Of a stretch of 64,000 nucleotides of DNA, positions 9,601 to 20,263 are shown piece after piece. Position 1 is the first letter of the stretch, and every line of letters starts with the position of its first letter. This stretch comes from Diplonema japonicum (taxonomy: Eukaryota; Protista; Euglenozoa: Diplonemea): the NCBI GenBank assembly GCA_964019335.1, contig OZ025727.1, forward strand, positions 372,001 through 436,000, given 5' to 3'. Made by a program: the position numbers and the translations under genes. A model generated the notes under the pieces. That model ran no database searches. It had not been told where the DNA came from and was given only the letters and a program-made list of their open reading frames with translations.

Positions 9601-12600
9601 CACGAAGACTCCCCAACAGGTCCCCTGCCCAACGGATCCTTCAAAAAACTAGCCGCTGCACTGGCCTCCCCTCGCCGGCGGGGCAACAGTCTGATTGAAC
9701 CGTCAAACGTTCCCATCACACCAAGGGTGCCCCCGACACCGAGGGTTGTCCCGAAACTGAAACTGAGTTCGTTGATAGCCCCTCCGTCGCCAGTGACTCG
9801 AATACCGTTGCAGGCAACAGCGTTGAAAAGGAACGAAGAGGTCCTCAAGAAGAGCAAGAGGAAATCACGAGAAGACGATCCCTTCCACGGGTGGGAGCAG
9901 ATCATGCGCAGCCCCACAGAGTCCAACATATCGGGTGGGCTGTCGGGGCCCGCCATCAGCAGCCCCCAGGCTCCGAATTCATCGAGAATGATGTTCACGT
10001 CGATCAACGCGACTAAGGTCCCTGCTGCAGTGACGCCTCTGGCCCTTAAGCCGCGTGGGTGGTCTTTCGCGGACATGCCGAGGTATGAGAATGACCCTAT
10101 GACTCCGATGACGGCAAGGACACGACGAAAGTTCTCAAGGTTGCGAAGCCAGTCGCTTTTCAAACAGCTCAACGGCGCAGATGGAGAGAGCTACATCTCC
10201 GATGAGGAAGAAATACTGGATGTGATCTCTCTAGCACCGCTTCCTTCAGCAAGGCAGAAGCGCCTGTCGCTTGATTCTGCGTTCCATTCAGAGTACAAGT
10301 GGAGGGACGAGCCCCTGACGGCAAGATCGACAAAATCCCCCGAGACAAAATTCATGCACATCTTGCCGCAGCCCACACAGTCACGAGTTGCAAACTACCG
10401 CCATGCACCAAAGAAACGCAAGTATCCACACACAGAGATCATTCGTGGCAAAGAGATCGCATTCAGACGGGATATCTATGGGCTGTACGACTGGCAGGCT
10501 GTGATCGTGAAACCCAACGGACAGGAGGTAGAAGTCCTTCTAGGTTACTCTTGGGGATGCATATCTCCCACAAACAAAATACGTAGGTTCCTTTGGAAGG
10601 TGGTCGACGGGACCTTTTTCCCCTTCGAGAAGGTCATCGGGTACCTCATCTTCGCATCCTGTGCTGCACTGATGATGAACGACAAGACAGTGGGGCACTC
10701 ACACACGGCAGTCGTTGCCATCGAGACGCTAGACTTGATGTTCACGATCATCTTCTTGGTGGAGATCGTGATGCGCATTACAGTGTACACCTTCAGGTCG
10801 CCAGAGGCAGGTAAGTCAGCATACGTGAGGAGAGCACGGTGGAACTGGCTGGATCTGCTCATCGTGGGCATTTCTGTGGTGATGCTTCCCTTGCAGTACA
10901 TCGTGCAGAGAGATGTCGTGTCAGGGATGGCAGCCACGGTGTACAAGGTGGCAAGGGCGCTGAGGGCATGGCGACCGTTGAGGATCTTGGTCAGATCGCA
11001 GAATATGCAGATTGTGATAGGCGCGTTAGTGGGCACCATCCCTGCGGTGTTCAATGTGTTCGCAGTTGCTAGTGTGAGCTACTTCATGTTCGGTGTCGCC
11101 TCCGTACAGCTCTTTAAGGGGGCGTTCATGGCGTGCAACGATGGGTCAAACAGGACTTATGAGGAGTGTAACACCAGCACGTACTTCGTTGCGTCGCCTG
11201 TCGAGCCCTTCGCGTCCTGGGTCAACGATTCATACGCCATGAACAGCTCGTACCCTGACGGCGTGCGCCTGTTCAGAAGACGATGGGAAAACATCTATGC
11301 CTTCAACTTCAACAACATCGGCCACTCGCTTCTGACGTTGCTTCAGTGTGCCATCCTGAACGGGTGGACTGAGGTGCTTTACGCGGTAGTCGACAGTGGG
11401 AACACGGAAGACGGTCCTACTCGACGATCAGATAACGAAGCGATGGGGCTGTTGGTGGTGCTTTGGGTGTTCTTCGGTGGACTGGGCATCATGAACGTCT
11501 TCGTCGGCTGCGTGGTCGACTACTTCAGCAGGCTGAAAACACGTTTAGATAGGTCCGCGCTTCTCACGAAGAATCAGATGCAGGCACTCAGGATCAAGAA
11601 GATCCTCGCGAACCAAAAAGCGAAACACAGGCTGGTGCCCGATGAAAACGCAAGCATAGTCTCGAAGGCTTGCTACAGCATTGTGTCGCATAAGCTGTTC
11701 GCTGCGCTTGTTGTTCTGGCCATCTGCATCAACGTGCTTATAATGACCACTATTCACTACGAGCAGGCAAACGACTGGACCCGTCTTCAAGCAGTGTCAA
11801 ACATATTCTTTTCAGCACTCTTCACTCTAGAAATGCTCTTGAAGATCGGCGTTGCAGGGATACGCGTTTACGTCGCAACGAACTGGAACCGTCTAGACGG
11901 CCTCATCGTCATCTCCTCATGGCTTGAGGTCATCATCACAGAGTTTGTAACGCATGGCAATGCTGGGAGCGTCGTGCAGCTGTTCAGATTGGGCAGGATA
12001 TTGAGGCTCATTAGACACTTCAAGGGACTCAAGAAACTATTCCTAACTATGTATTACTCGGTTCCCGCTCTCCTCAATGTAGGGTCCTTGCTGCTGCTGG
12101 TCTTTTTCATATCAGGCGTGACGGCGATGGTGTTCTTCGAAGGCATACGCAAAGTAGACTTCAATGACAATTATCTCAACGGCCACTATAACTTCGAGAC
12201 CTTCCCGATGTCCATTCTGACGTTGTACAGGGTGTCGACATTTGACAACTGGAGGCAGGTTCTCCGAGCGTGCCTCATCCACCCACCGCAGTGCACGGGC
12301 AGTGAATGTGGCGCGACGTCTGGGTTGCAAGCGTTGCTCATTTCGTTGTTCTTTTCGGTGTTCGTGTTGACTGTAGGCTTCGTGATGTTCAATTTGTTTA
12401 TTGCTGTTGTTCTGGAGAACTTCAGGGAGAGCGTGTTGTTGCCGCCGCAATTGCTGGCAAAGATGGAGCTGGTGAAAATGTTCCGCGAGAAGTGGGCGTC
12501 GTATGACCCCACAGCGGTACAGATCATTAAAGCCTACAACTTCGTGCCGCTCATGATGCAGCTCCCCTCGCCCATTGGGTTCATGGACTGTGAGCCTCAC

Positions 12601-14364
12601 GAGATCCTTCCGTCGTTGCTACACTTGGACTTCCCCGTGACACGCGACTCGGACATTCTCTTCATGGACGTGATCGACGCCATCGGGGAGACCATCTTCA
12701 AGATCAAGCTTGTCGACCGTGAGGCAGCAAAGCAGCACATGTCATCCGGCAAACGTGACGTCTCGAAGGACAAGGAACGCTATGCACTGGGCTTTACCAT
12801 CGGCGACTGGTACGCAGCTTGCGTCATCCAGACAGCATGGCGCAAGTGGCGCGGTCCTTTGTGGAAAAAGAGCAGGTTCCCCAACAATCTTACCGGCTTT
12901 ATGATTAGCGACATGCATGAAAAGAGCTACAGACGGTTTCCTTTTGGGAGGCCACAGGTCAAGCCCAAAACGAAGAAGAACAGATGGGTCCTTGCGTTCA
13001 GTAAGAAGCAAGGTGAAGAGGAGGGGGGGAAAACTGTTGTGGGAAAAGAACGGAGTGACACGTTGATATCGATTTTCAGCAAAGGCGTAAAGGATGAGGT
13101 GGCGAAGATACGCAGAAGGAACTCGGAGAAGAGCTTTGCAAGGCTTCGGACTGTGTCGTCGCTCACGCCAACAGAGACGCAGCAGTCGCGGTCGCCTTCG
13201 TTGTGCTCGTCGTCGTCTAGTTCTGTGGATATCACACCAGGGCCACGGCCCATTGTGCCAGCGAATGTCCCCCCGCTGGGCTTCAAGCGGGGAAGCGACA
13301 CACAATCGGCTTCGATGGTGTCGATGAACCAGGTGACCACACCAACACAGTCCATGACCTCGCATGATGCTTCGCACTCCATGATGTCCGTGACACCGGG
13401 TGAGGGGAACAACGGGAAGACATCCGGCAGCACCCCGCCGTCGCTGATGTCGACCTTCTACCTCGCACGGCCAGTTGTGTCGCCCAACGACACGGTCCCG
13501 TCATCACCGTCGAAGGTGTCGACCACAACACAAACACCGAACATGAAAAACCTGGACACCAAGGCACGGAAAGACCTGCTGGAGCAGATGCAAGGGCTCC
13601 TTAAGATGCCCTCCCGTGAGGAAGACGAGGTCGTGTCGCCAGGGTCGCTGATGTCAACGCTGAACCTGGAGAGGGTTGTAAAATCCCCAATGGAGATCCC
13701 GACCATCTCGTCATTCACGTTCTCACCGGAGACAGGCCGTGAGCGGCTGAGGGTGGAGGATGACATGGATCTCATGTCTCCGTTCAGCGACCAGACGATG
13801 GGGATGACGTTTAACCTGTCTGAGACAGGGGGCAGCGTGCTGAGGCGGGGCTTCGGGAGCAGGCATACCTCTATTGTGCCACCACCACCGATACAAATCC
13901 CAAAAACATGTGTACCAGCAGTGGCAGTGGAAGTGAAGCCTGCTGTGCCTGCTCCTCAGGCTGATATCAAGAAATATGTTCCGTGGCCGAAGCCAGCATC
14001 AACACCTTCTGTGGCGTCACCCTTGGGTGGTGTCGAGGCACCGAGCCCAACAAGGCGAAGGTCGGACGCAACGCTTCTTGGTTCACCTTCGTTCAGCTCG
14101 TCTATTGCCTCGCCAGCTACGTTGCATTCTCCCCTGTTGAAGGTCCCACAGCTCCGATCCATACCTGCGGCACTCTCACCGTCGCCTCTCCCCTCTGTGC
14201 CGTCACACGAACCGAAGTCTCCAAGTTCCTTACATACTTTACATAGCTTCAGGAACACTATGTCTCTTCACAACATACTTGGATCAGTTAGTTCACCTCT
14301 TAGTAATCAAGCTTCTTTAAGGCATGCTTCTTCCGCTCGCGTTATTAAGAGAGACCTTCTCTAG
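6673..14364 (+). CDS. Four-domain voltage-gated Ca2+/Na+-type channel alpha subunit
   Basis: Four 6TM repeats with S4 segments (LRVVRIFRPLRTISR; FRILRLARVVRVVK; ARALRAWRPLRILVR; LFRLGRILRLIRH), four pore loops, and a C-terminal EF-like region with an IQ motif (VIQTAWRKWR). Start placed at the first ATG after the T-rich spacer. Confidence 0.95.
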   Translation: MSALRYPLLPEETAARRSEYTSEEGATEQGRTRTESVTSGRTGAEAAGRQRYERSRAFFCVYPDGCFRGACIDIVCNVWFNRAILVCICINALTISLDDPLHDNLPYSLRYTIEVIDNIFLGIFTLEFIVKLVAMGGFVHRSGYFRELWNWLDFAIVFSGIFGLIMPHAANLSILRVVRIFRPLRTISRVKGMRDLVDTLGTSLPILLNVMMLCFFLFFIFGLVGVISWSSALHNRCYGWSDEEDDFTYTTVCGNDSVFEFFRVNCAENRTCVSGAPNPNPWANWDHVGSSFLVVTQCLTLDDWVTHMYHVQDGWSPFAAVYFVVVTLVGAFFLLNLVLAVITDSFTRFAIEEDDKDLQAARDNMQQRVIKQRTEQEASEEGGEANYSELPSETTSSCSSRPDSPGSLHENKNVAARSRTRQNSLYLNSSLPGLEQGAQRLLRDQSTKREWKKFTEGLDKAGRKAIKNFRKLEGSREWTSHVRGITGRRRAGTCIQPSIDKLQGMEDGPRRRSEGTVISKKIRNKIVQAQTIESSLTLRSLDAQSRKKLMQFTDSAYAVQLTDVNEVSSEGTAVTLTNMNSNFGRSENSNENNNHGNGDRGTNINASEENMNPLMFPKSMRTALVEPESLAEGEAIDSAWKLHLKPDRASVMRNFGRDIVTHPYFINVMTGLIVLNALVMSVEHYHMEPWINDVLELSNIIIVSIFTFETVIKLLSLSLPEFYEDDFNVIDAVIVVMSLAELIFLSSSAATVFRILRLARVVRVVKLARGWRVLKHIVKTVGSSLSYMGYLLLLLMLFIFVFGILGRQMFAGKVSRCCVQDDKASGLYNCYKDTDEHYIYDACWNTAWKRTHFDTLFWSMIAVFQIVTQDNWTAVMYKTMSDVGGFSAVYFLIILIFGRYMLLNLFVAILLVGLEKEHAKRDELSSADGDACDDFNGVLDDSSEEEECEYPPQVRYEEKQAQREYTKSTKTAMRSTHEDSPTGPLPNGSFKKLAAALASPRRRGNSLIEPSNVPITPRVPPTPRVVPKLKLSSLIAPPSPVTRIPLQATALKRNEEVLKKSKRKSREDDPFHGWEQIMRSPTESNISGGLSGPAISSPQAPNSSRMMFTSINATKVPAAVTPLALKPRGWSFADMPRYENDPMTPMTARTRRKFSRLRSQSLFKQLNGADGESYISDEEEILDVISLAPLPSARQKRLSLDSAFHSEYKWRDEPLTARSTKSPETKFMHILPQPTQSRVANYRHAPKKRKYPHTEIIRGKEIAFRRDIYGLYDWQAVIVKPNGQEVEVLLGYSWGCISPTNKIRRFLWKVVDGTFFPFEKVIGYLIFASCAALMMNDKTVGHSHTAVVAIETLDLMFTIIFLVEIVMRITVYTFRSPEAGKSAYVRRARWNWLDLLIVGISVVMLPLQYIVQRDVVSGMAATVYKVARALRAWRPLRILVRSQNMQIVIGALVGTIPAVFNVFAVASVSYFMFGVASVQLFKGAFMACNDGSNRTYEECNTSTYFVASPVEPFASWVNDSYAMNSSYPDGVRLFRRRWENIYAFNFNNIGHSLLTLLQCAILNGWTEVLYAVVDSGNTEDGPTRRSDNEAMGLLVVLWVFFGGLGIMNVFVGCVVDYFSRLKTRLDRSALLTKNQMQALRIKKILANQKAKHRLVPDENASIVSKACYSIVSHKLFAALVVLAICINVLIMTTIHYEQANDWTRLQAVSNIFFSALFTLEMLLKIGVAGIRVYVATNWNRLDGLIVISSWLEVIITEFVTHGNAGSVVQLFRLGRILRLIRHFKGLKKLFLTMYYSVPALLNVGSLLLLVFFISGVTAMVFFEGIRKVDFNDNYLNGHYNFETFPMSILTLYRVSTFDNWRQVLRACLIHPPQCTGSECGATSGLQALLISLFFSVFVLTVGFVMFNLFIAVVLENFRESVLLPPQLLAKMELVKMFREKWASYDPTAVQIIKAYNFVPLMMQLPSPIGFMDCEPHEILPSLLHLDFPVTRDSDILFMDVIDAIGETIFKIKLVDREAAKQHMSSGKRDVSKDKERYALGFTIGDWYAACVIQTAWRKWRGPLWKKSRFPNNLTGFMISDMHEKSYRRFPFGRPQVKPKTKKNRWVLAFSKKQGEEEGGKTVVGKERSDTLISIFSKGVKDEVAKIRRRNSEKSFARLRTVSSLTPTETQQSRSPSLCSSSSSSVDITPGPRPIVPANVPPLGFKRGSDTQSASMVSMNQVTTPTQSMTSHDASHSMMSVTPGEGNNGKTSGSTPPSLMSTFYLARPVVSPNDTVPSSPSKVSTTTQTPNMKNLDTKARKDLLEQMQGLLKMPSREEDEVVSPGSLMSTLNLERVVKSPMEIPTISSFTFSPETGRERLRVEDDMDLMSPFSDQTMGMTFNLSETGGSVLRRGFGSRHTSIVPPPPIQIPKTCVPAVAVEVKPAVPAPQADIKKYVPWPKPASTPSVASPLGGVEAPSPTRRRSDATLLGSPSFSSSIASPATLHSPLLKVPQLRSIPAALSPSPLPSVPSHEPKSPSSLHTLHSFRNTMSLHNILGSVSSPLSNQASLRHASSARVIKRDLL

Positions 14365-15330
14365 GTGTTACATAAAAAAAAAAAAAAAAAAATACCCACC
14401 TTTTTTTTTGTTCTCTTATTTAGTTTCTTTTTTTGGAAACAAAAAAATATATAAAAAGAAGAATGACAAAGAGTTTTTCCGCTTCCCGGATTTCTCCCCC
14501 CCCCCTCCCCCCTCTCCTTTGTTTTTTTTCTTTTGCCTAGAAGACACTGTTTATTATTTCTCCCCCCTTCTCCCTGGGTTTTAACTGCCCCCTCCCACCC
14601 CCTGCATTTTTTTTAATTACCTGTGAAATACCGGTGAAGGGTACCTCAAAGAAAAGCTGAGGTTGCTGAACAAGATAAAAAGAGAACAAGATGAGTGGCG
14701 ACGGCGAAAGAAAAAAAAAAAAGGAGGAAAAACAAACAATTTGTTTGTTTTGTATTTCTAGAGCCTACTGCTGCCGCTGTATTTGAGAGGTTTGCATATC
14801 GAAGAGTTTTTCTTTTTTTTTTGCAGGGGGGTGGTGTTTTCTTTGGACTGTTTGTTCTGTTTTCTTTCTTCTTTGTTCTGTACTATTCTTTTTTAGAGGA
14901 ATTACGCTTTTTTCTTTTTTCTACTGCAGGTTCCCTTCAAAGACATCTTTTTCATACACGAAGCCAGTGCTAATTGGTTAAGGCACCTGCCCTGCGATCA
15001 TCGGGGAGACGAAGGCGGTGATTGGGCGGAACAGGAGTGCAATAGATGCGTCAACAGAAACCAAGCACCAAACCCAAGGAAGGAGAAACCTTGTTGAAGA
15101 GGGATGGATGCATGGTGTGATTGGGGAGAAGGTCGTCTCAACAAAGACATCCTTTAATTCAAAATATATTTATATTTTCTTTTTTTTTTTTCTCTTTCTA
15201 TTTCTTTTTATTCTTCCCCCCCCCCTTTTTTTTTGGTTGTTCCGTTATCAGAAAAAAGTAATTTTCTTTTTTTTTTTTTTTCTTTCTTTATTCCTTTTTA
15301 AAAAACAAACCATTAAACAAAGAAATTATC

Positions 15331-17691
15331 ATGGACGATTTCAAGGATTTGCCAGTTGTAAGGCCTGATAAGCCACCGATACAAATAGGGACAGGTGGTT
15401 TCGGCGAGGTACAACTCGTGGAGATAGGCGGGAAGAAGTACGTGTGGAAACAATACAAGAAGCTGAAGAAACGTGAGAAGGACGAAACAATGTTGTACTG
15501 GCTGAAGTTGGAAATAAAAGCTTGCGAACTTGTGAAGGACAAGGCACCAACCAGCGAGTACCTCATGAAGTTCTACTCCACAGAAAAGAACGAGAACGGC
15601 AACATCTGCCTGCGCATGGAGTACCTCAGCGGGATGACCTTACACGACGTCATCACAAAAAACCACCTCACAGCCCGACGAGCCAAGCGCTTCACGGTGC
15701 ACCTGGTAGAGGGAATTCAAATACTGCATACTCTCGGAGGCTCCCACCGTGACCTTAAACCAGCGAACTTAATGCTCGACAGCTCCAACTTTGACACCGC
15801 CATCCTAAAGATCATCGACTACGGTTTCAGTAAATTCCAAGAAGGGACAGACACATCGCACACCTCGTTGGGCACCAGGGACTACATGGACGTGAAGATT
15901 AAAACCGGATCGTACAATGCAGGGATGGCGGACATGTTCTCCGCAGGGAAGATTATTTCAGCTAACCTCTTCAGTACCGCTATCCTCCAGAAGATGCCCA
16001 AGGAGGAGGTTGACGCCGTGAATGAGGCTTGCCACAACCTCCTCCTCCTCGGCGACCAGCCGCGGTGGGGCGTGGAACAGCTACGGGCGTCAAACTTGTT
16101 TACCTATTGCAAAGAGATCGTGGACAACCCTGTTATCAAATGCCTGCCTCTGTCTGTTTTCATCGATGATTTCTTTGTTGCCCCGAATGGATGTGCTGCC
16201 CCGTCCAGTTTCTCCTTCTGCCCTGCCAGGGGTCTAGCCGTCTTCGGCGGATACGGCGTCAAGTTCTGTCGGCTCAGCCCTGCATCGGTCATCTTCTCCT
16301 TGCGCACGCAACTTCCTGTCACAGCGGTTGCCATCCTCAGCAAGTCAGAAGTGTTGTTCAGCGATGCTGTCGGTGTGTGGGTGGTCGACGATTCCATCAT
16401 CATCGATGATGACCACAGCGACATCAGAGCGAAGCCGCGTCTTCTGGTACCCATGAAAGATGTTAAATCCGTTAAAACCACACACGGGGGGCAGTGGGTG
16501 GTCATATCCTCAGATTCGAGCATATCGATGTACAAAAGCCGAAGAACCCGCAAGATACTGTCCCTAGAGCTGTTGGGGTACAACACGGGGAGCCTATCAG
16601 ACCTGGCCGAGACACCTTACAGAAAACTAGTTGGAGGGGTTGTTACAGAAGGAGAGCTGAACGTCTGGGGCTTAGAAGAAACCTATGAGGCTAAAAGAGT
16701 AGCTATCTCATCGAAGTGGGAAGGCATCGAGCAGAGGCCAACGAAGGGGACAAGGATTCTACTGTCGTCTTCTGGTGTTTACTGCGCCGTGTGCATACCG
16801 GAGGAGAAATGCATAAGGGTTCTGAAGAACACGTGTGGCAAGAAGGAACACGGGATAGTCAACAAGACGGAGGAGGTGCACAGAATAAACGACGTACGGT
16901 GCGTGGGGATATCATTTTCGACGATGGACAAGGAAGCAAACGGCATGGGGCAGGGGTACTTCGCCGTCGTGCACACGACACGCGACGGGAGGGAACTCTC
17001 CGTGTACAACGTAGAAGGCGACAAGAAGTGTCTTGCGAAGTACAAACTTCACAAAACAGCAATTGCATTTTTCACAAGCGCCAAGGACCTGTGCTTCCTT
17101 GACAGACAAGGCGACAACGTAAGATGCGGGACAGCAAATCTGAACGACAAGGACAACAATTGGAAAGTGACATGTGACAACATTCTACATGAAGATTACA
17201 ACCAGCAACATGTGATGGAGTGGTCATGGCTACAGTTGAGGAAGCTCCACTCTTCTGGAAAGTGTGAAGGGATGCTTTCATGCAATGGGCATCGTGAATA
17301 TTCTGTTTTATGCATCATCACGAACTCGGAGCTTACTTTCGTTCCTACGGACCCTCTGAAAATGAAAATCGTGTGCTTGCCTTTCCACGAGGTGGAGGTC
17401 GCAAAGGACAAAAGCAACAAGTACACCCTCCGACATTATTCATTCACGTTTGTCTTCACCCCGAGTGAGGGGAACGGCGATGACCTTTGCGTCCTTAACC
17501 CCGAGACTTCTATCCAGAAGGACTCTGTCATAGCTTCTGCTTTATCTGTTGCTTTAATGGACCCTGCCTTGTCGCACCTGGCTAGCCTCTATGACTTCTT
17601 GGATGTGGAATTGCCAATCTACCCCGATGTGAAAAGCAAGAGTAACCCTGGCTTGCTCAAAAGCATTGTCGGCACCGTGTGGCAGCATTAG
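15331..17691 (+). CDS. Ser/Thr protein kinase with C-terminal beta-propeller-like region
   Basis: IGTGGFGEV, YVWK, HRDLKPANLML, IIDYG, GTRDYM, DMFSAG. The C-terminal 500 aa are beta-rich (propeller call is inference). Confidence 0.9.
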   Translation: MDDFKDLPVVRPDKPPIQIGTGGFGEVQLVEIGGKKYVWKQYKKLKKREKDETMLYWLKLEIKACELVKDKAPTSEYLMKFYSTEKNENGNICLRMEYLSGMTLHDVITKNHLTARRAKRFTVHLVEGIQILHTLGGSHRDLKPANLMLDSSNFDTAILKIIDYGFSKFQEGTDTSHTSLGTRDYMDVKIKTGSYNAGMADMFSAGKIISANLFSTAILQKMPKEEVDAVNEACHNLLLLGDQPRWGVEQLRASNLFTYCKEIVDNPVIKCLPLSVFIDDFFVAPNGCAAPSSFSFCPARGLAVFGGYGVKFCRLSPASVIFSLRTQLPVTAVAILSKSEVLFSDAVGVWVVDDSIIIDDDHSDIRAKPRLLVPMKDVKSVKTTHGGQWVVISSDSSISMYKSRRTRKILSLELLGYNTGSLSDLAETPYRKLVGGVVTEGELNVWGLEETYEAKRVAISSKWEGIEQRPTKGTRILLSSSGVYCAVCIPEEKCIRVLKNTCGKKEHGIVNKTEEVHRINDVRCVGISFSTMDKEANGMGQGYFAVVHTTRDGRELSVYNVEGDKKCLAKYKLHKTAIAFFTSAKDLCFLDRQGDNVRCGTANLNDKDNNWKVTCDNILHEDYNQQHVMEWSWLQLRKLHSSGKCEGMLSCNGHREYSVLCIITNSELTFVPTDPLKMKIVCLPFHEVEVAKDKSNKYTLRHYSFTFVFTPSEGNGDDLCVLNPETSIQKDSVIASALSVALMDPALSHLASLYDFLDVELPIYPDVKSKSNPGLLKSIVGTVWQH

Positions 17692-18578
17692 TTGCCCCCT
17701 CCCATCGCTTAACTTAAGAACCTTATTATTTTTTTTCCCTCTTTTTTCTGTTAGTTTTTGGTAACTTTTCTTATTCTTCTTTCGAACACTTCATGTCTAA
17801 AGTCCATTGTTCACGCCCAAAGGGTCTGGGGATATGACCAGTTTTATCCCAGATATATGAAGCATAATTTCTTCTGTAACAAACTATAGTCTGAGGCAAA
17901 GACCCGTGAGCGATGGGCCAACCCTTCTGGGTACCAATGATATATATGAATATTCTTTGTCTGGAATTAGTTAATTTTTGTTTTTCAGGGGCAACCCTTC
18001 GGGAGCTCTTTCTGTATTACACTATCTCCTCATTTTCTTTTTAAATGCATGTGGGCCCACCGATGTCTGAACCGTTTAGCTCCCTTGAAGCTCACGCCAG
18101 CGTGCAAGTTTAGCCCGTTTTATTTTGGCACGTTGGCGATGGCTGTGGTGGCCGTTGCAAGATAGTCTTTTTTATTTATTTTTTGTGTCTTGTCTTACCT
18201 CTTGTGCTCCTTCACTCACTTCTGTTTTTAAAACTTTAAACTTTCAAAGACAAACGTCACGACCAGGGGCTTCCTGGGACAACCTTCATTTGTGCAAAAA
18301 GACGATAACCGAATAACAGACGGCTTACGATTTGTTGGCTTTTTACCAAAGGGACTTGGCTGGCGGCCGCACGTTTTTTTTCGCACGGGAGTGATGACGT
18401 AGTAAGTGTAAGGCTTCACCGAAATTTGCTCCCGATGCTTTTGAAGTAAACGCGGCCGTTTCATTGTACCCATAAACGATCAGAACACCCTTTTAGCTCT
18501 TATTTTGTTCCCACCCACGTACCTTTCCCTCCCGTCGTGTTGCGAGTCCCTTTTGTTTAATACAATTATCGTCTACAT

Positions 18579-20075
18579 ATGATCCCTACAGGAATGGACG
18601 GCGAGAGAAACCCGCTAGCAAGGGAAGCTGTCGAGCCGTATGATGGGGGACAGGAGGTGACGGAGGAAGTGGAAGGTGTGAAGCTGGTGGTGATTGGAAG
18701 CACGATTGGGTTCTTTTTATTCGGCTACGACACAGGGATCGTGAGCGGGGCTGCGGACTGGGCACAGGACAGCCTGGACATGACGGACCTCGAGCAGGGT
18801 ATCATGGTGGGTGCAACAGGAATCGCAGCTGCTGTGACCTGCTTGTTCACGTCATGGTGCAACACGCACCTTGGACGGAGAACAACCATCTGCGTATCAA
18901 GCATTTTCTACATCATCGGCGCTGGGGGCATTGCTGGCGCAGTTGATTTCTGGAGCATCACTGCATTTCGCGTGGCACTCGGCATAGCGATCGGCTTCGC
19001 CACAACGACCGTCCCACTGTACCTAGCCGAGTGCGTCCCTCCCGACATCAGGGGACAAATAATCACCTTGTCCGACCTTTGCATTGCCTTCGGACAGGTT
19101 TCCGCAGGGCTAGTTAACGTAGCTTGCAAGTACTGGGATAAAAACTGGAGGTTCTCCATGGGACTGGCTGCACTGCCCGCTGTGGTTCAACTCATCTTGT
19201 TCGTATTCTTTCTTGAAGAGTCGCCCCGATGGCTGGCACAGAACAGAAGGATGGGCGAAGCAAAACGTGTTTTCACGAAGTACCGAGGCACGTCGAAGAC
19301 GTCCACCGCCGAGCTACGGCAACTAACACAGTACGCAGATGACCTTCAGCAGGAGTCCTTCCTCGGAGCATGGCGACAGCCGCACTACGCGCGTGCCATG
19401 ATCGTAGGCATCGTGTTGATGATACTCAATCAGGCGTCGGGCATCAACACGGTAATGTACTTCAGCCACAGCATTTTGAAGAACGCGGGTTTCTCTGAAG
19501 AAATGTCTATCTGGGGTGCGTTGATATGTGACATCACACAGGCGGTTGGAGTGTGCGTGTCGCTGTACTTCATGGAGAAACGGGGAAGGAGGTACCTTGC
19601 TATATTGTCAGCGTGTCTGGTGGTCCCCACAATAGCACTGTTGGGTGTTGGGTATATGCGTGACATCCGCGAGCTATCCGTGTCGGCAATGGCGGTGTAC
19701 TTGTTCTGCTTCGGGCTGGGCCTCTCTGGTGTGCCATGGACGATGAATGGTGAGATCTTCCCTCTTGCCATTCGCAACACAGCGCAGTCGCAGTCTATCT
19801 TCACCAATTGGTTCCTCAATGGAATCATCGCTGTCGCCTTCCCCGTCTTTATGGATGACTACGGGGAGTACTTCTTCTTTTTGTTCTCTTTCGTCGCTTT
19901 TTGCGGCGCCATCTGGATGTTCCTCTTCCTCCCCGACACCACGGGGCTCAGTCTCGAACAGATGGACACGATATTCGCAACCCCCCTTCGCGTTGCCGTC
20001 CGCACCCGGAAGTGGCTCCTCGTCACGGACCTCGATGACCTTGATGCGAAACACCTTACGACAGCTACAAGCTGA
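18579..20075 (+). CDS. MFS sugar porter family transporter (myo-inositol/hexose-like)
   Basis: FLFGYDTG, LGRR, YLAE..PPDIRG, ESPRWL, NQASGINTVMYF, GRR, EIFP; 12 hydrophobic segments. Confidence 0.95.
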   Translation: MIPTGMDGERNPLAREAVEPYDGGQEVTEEVEGVKLVVIGSTIGFFLFGYDTGIVSGAADWAQDSLDMTDLEQGIMVGATGIAAAVTCLFTSWCNTHLGRRTTICVSSIFYIIGAGGIAGAVDFWSITAFRVALGIAIGFATTTVPLYLAECVPPDIRGQIITLSDLCIAFGQVSAGLVNVACKYWDKNWRFSMGLAALPAVVQLILFVFFLEESPRWLAQNRRMGEAKRVFTKYRGTSKTSTAELRQLTQYADDLQQESFLGAWRQPHYARAMIVGIVLMILNQASGINTVMYFSHSILKNAGFSEEMSIWGALICDITQAVGVCVSLYFMEKRGRRYLAILSACLVVPTIALLGVGYMRDIRELSVSAMAVYLFCFGLGLSGVPWTMNGEIFPLAIRNTAQSQSIFTNWFLNGIIAVAFPVFMDDYGEYFFFLFSFVAFCGAIWMFLFLPDTTGLSLEQMDTIFATPLRVAVRTRKWLLVTDLDDLDAKHLTTATS

Positions 20076-20263
20076 CAATTCCATGTAGACACTTAAACTG
20101 CTTGTACTTCTTTTTTTCTAAACCGGATCTTTTTCTTCCCAAGCTCCCGTGTGTGGCTTGTCGTTCAGTTCTCTTTCCCGAGTATTATTCTCACGTGTGA
20201 TGTCATTGCTGTTTACTACTATTGCTTATTTATTCACTTACAGGTCTAGGCGTTTTGCGCCAA

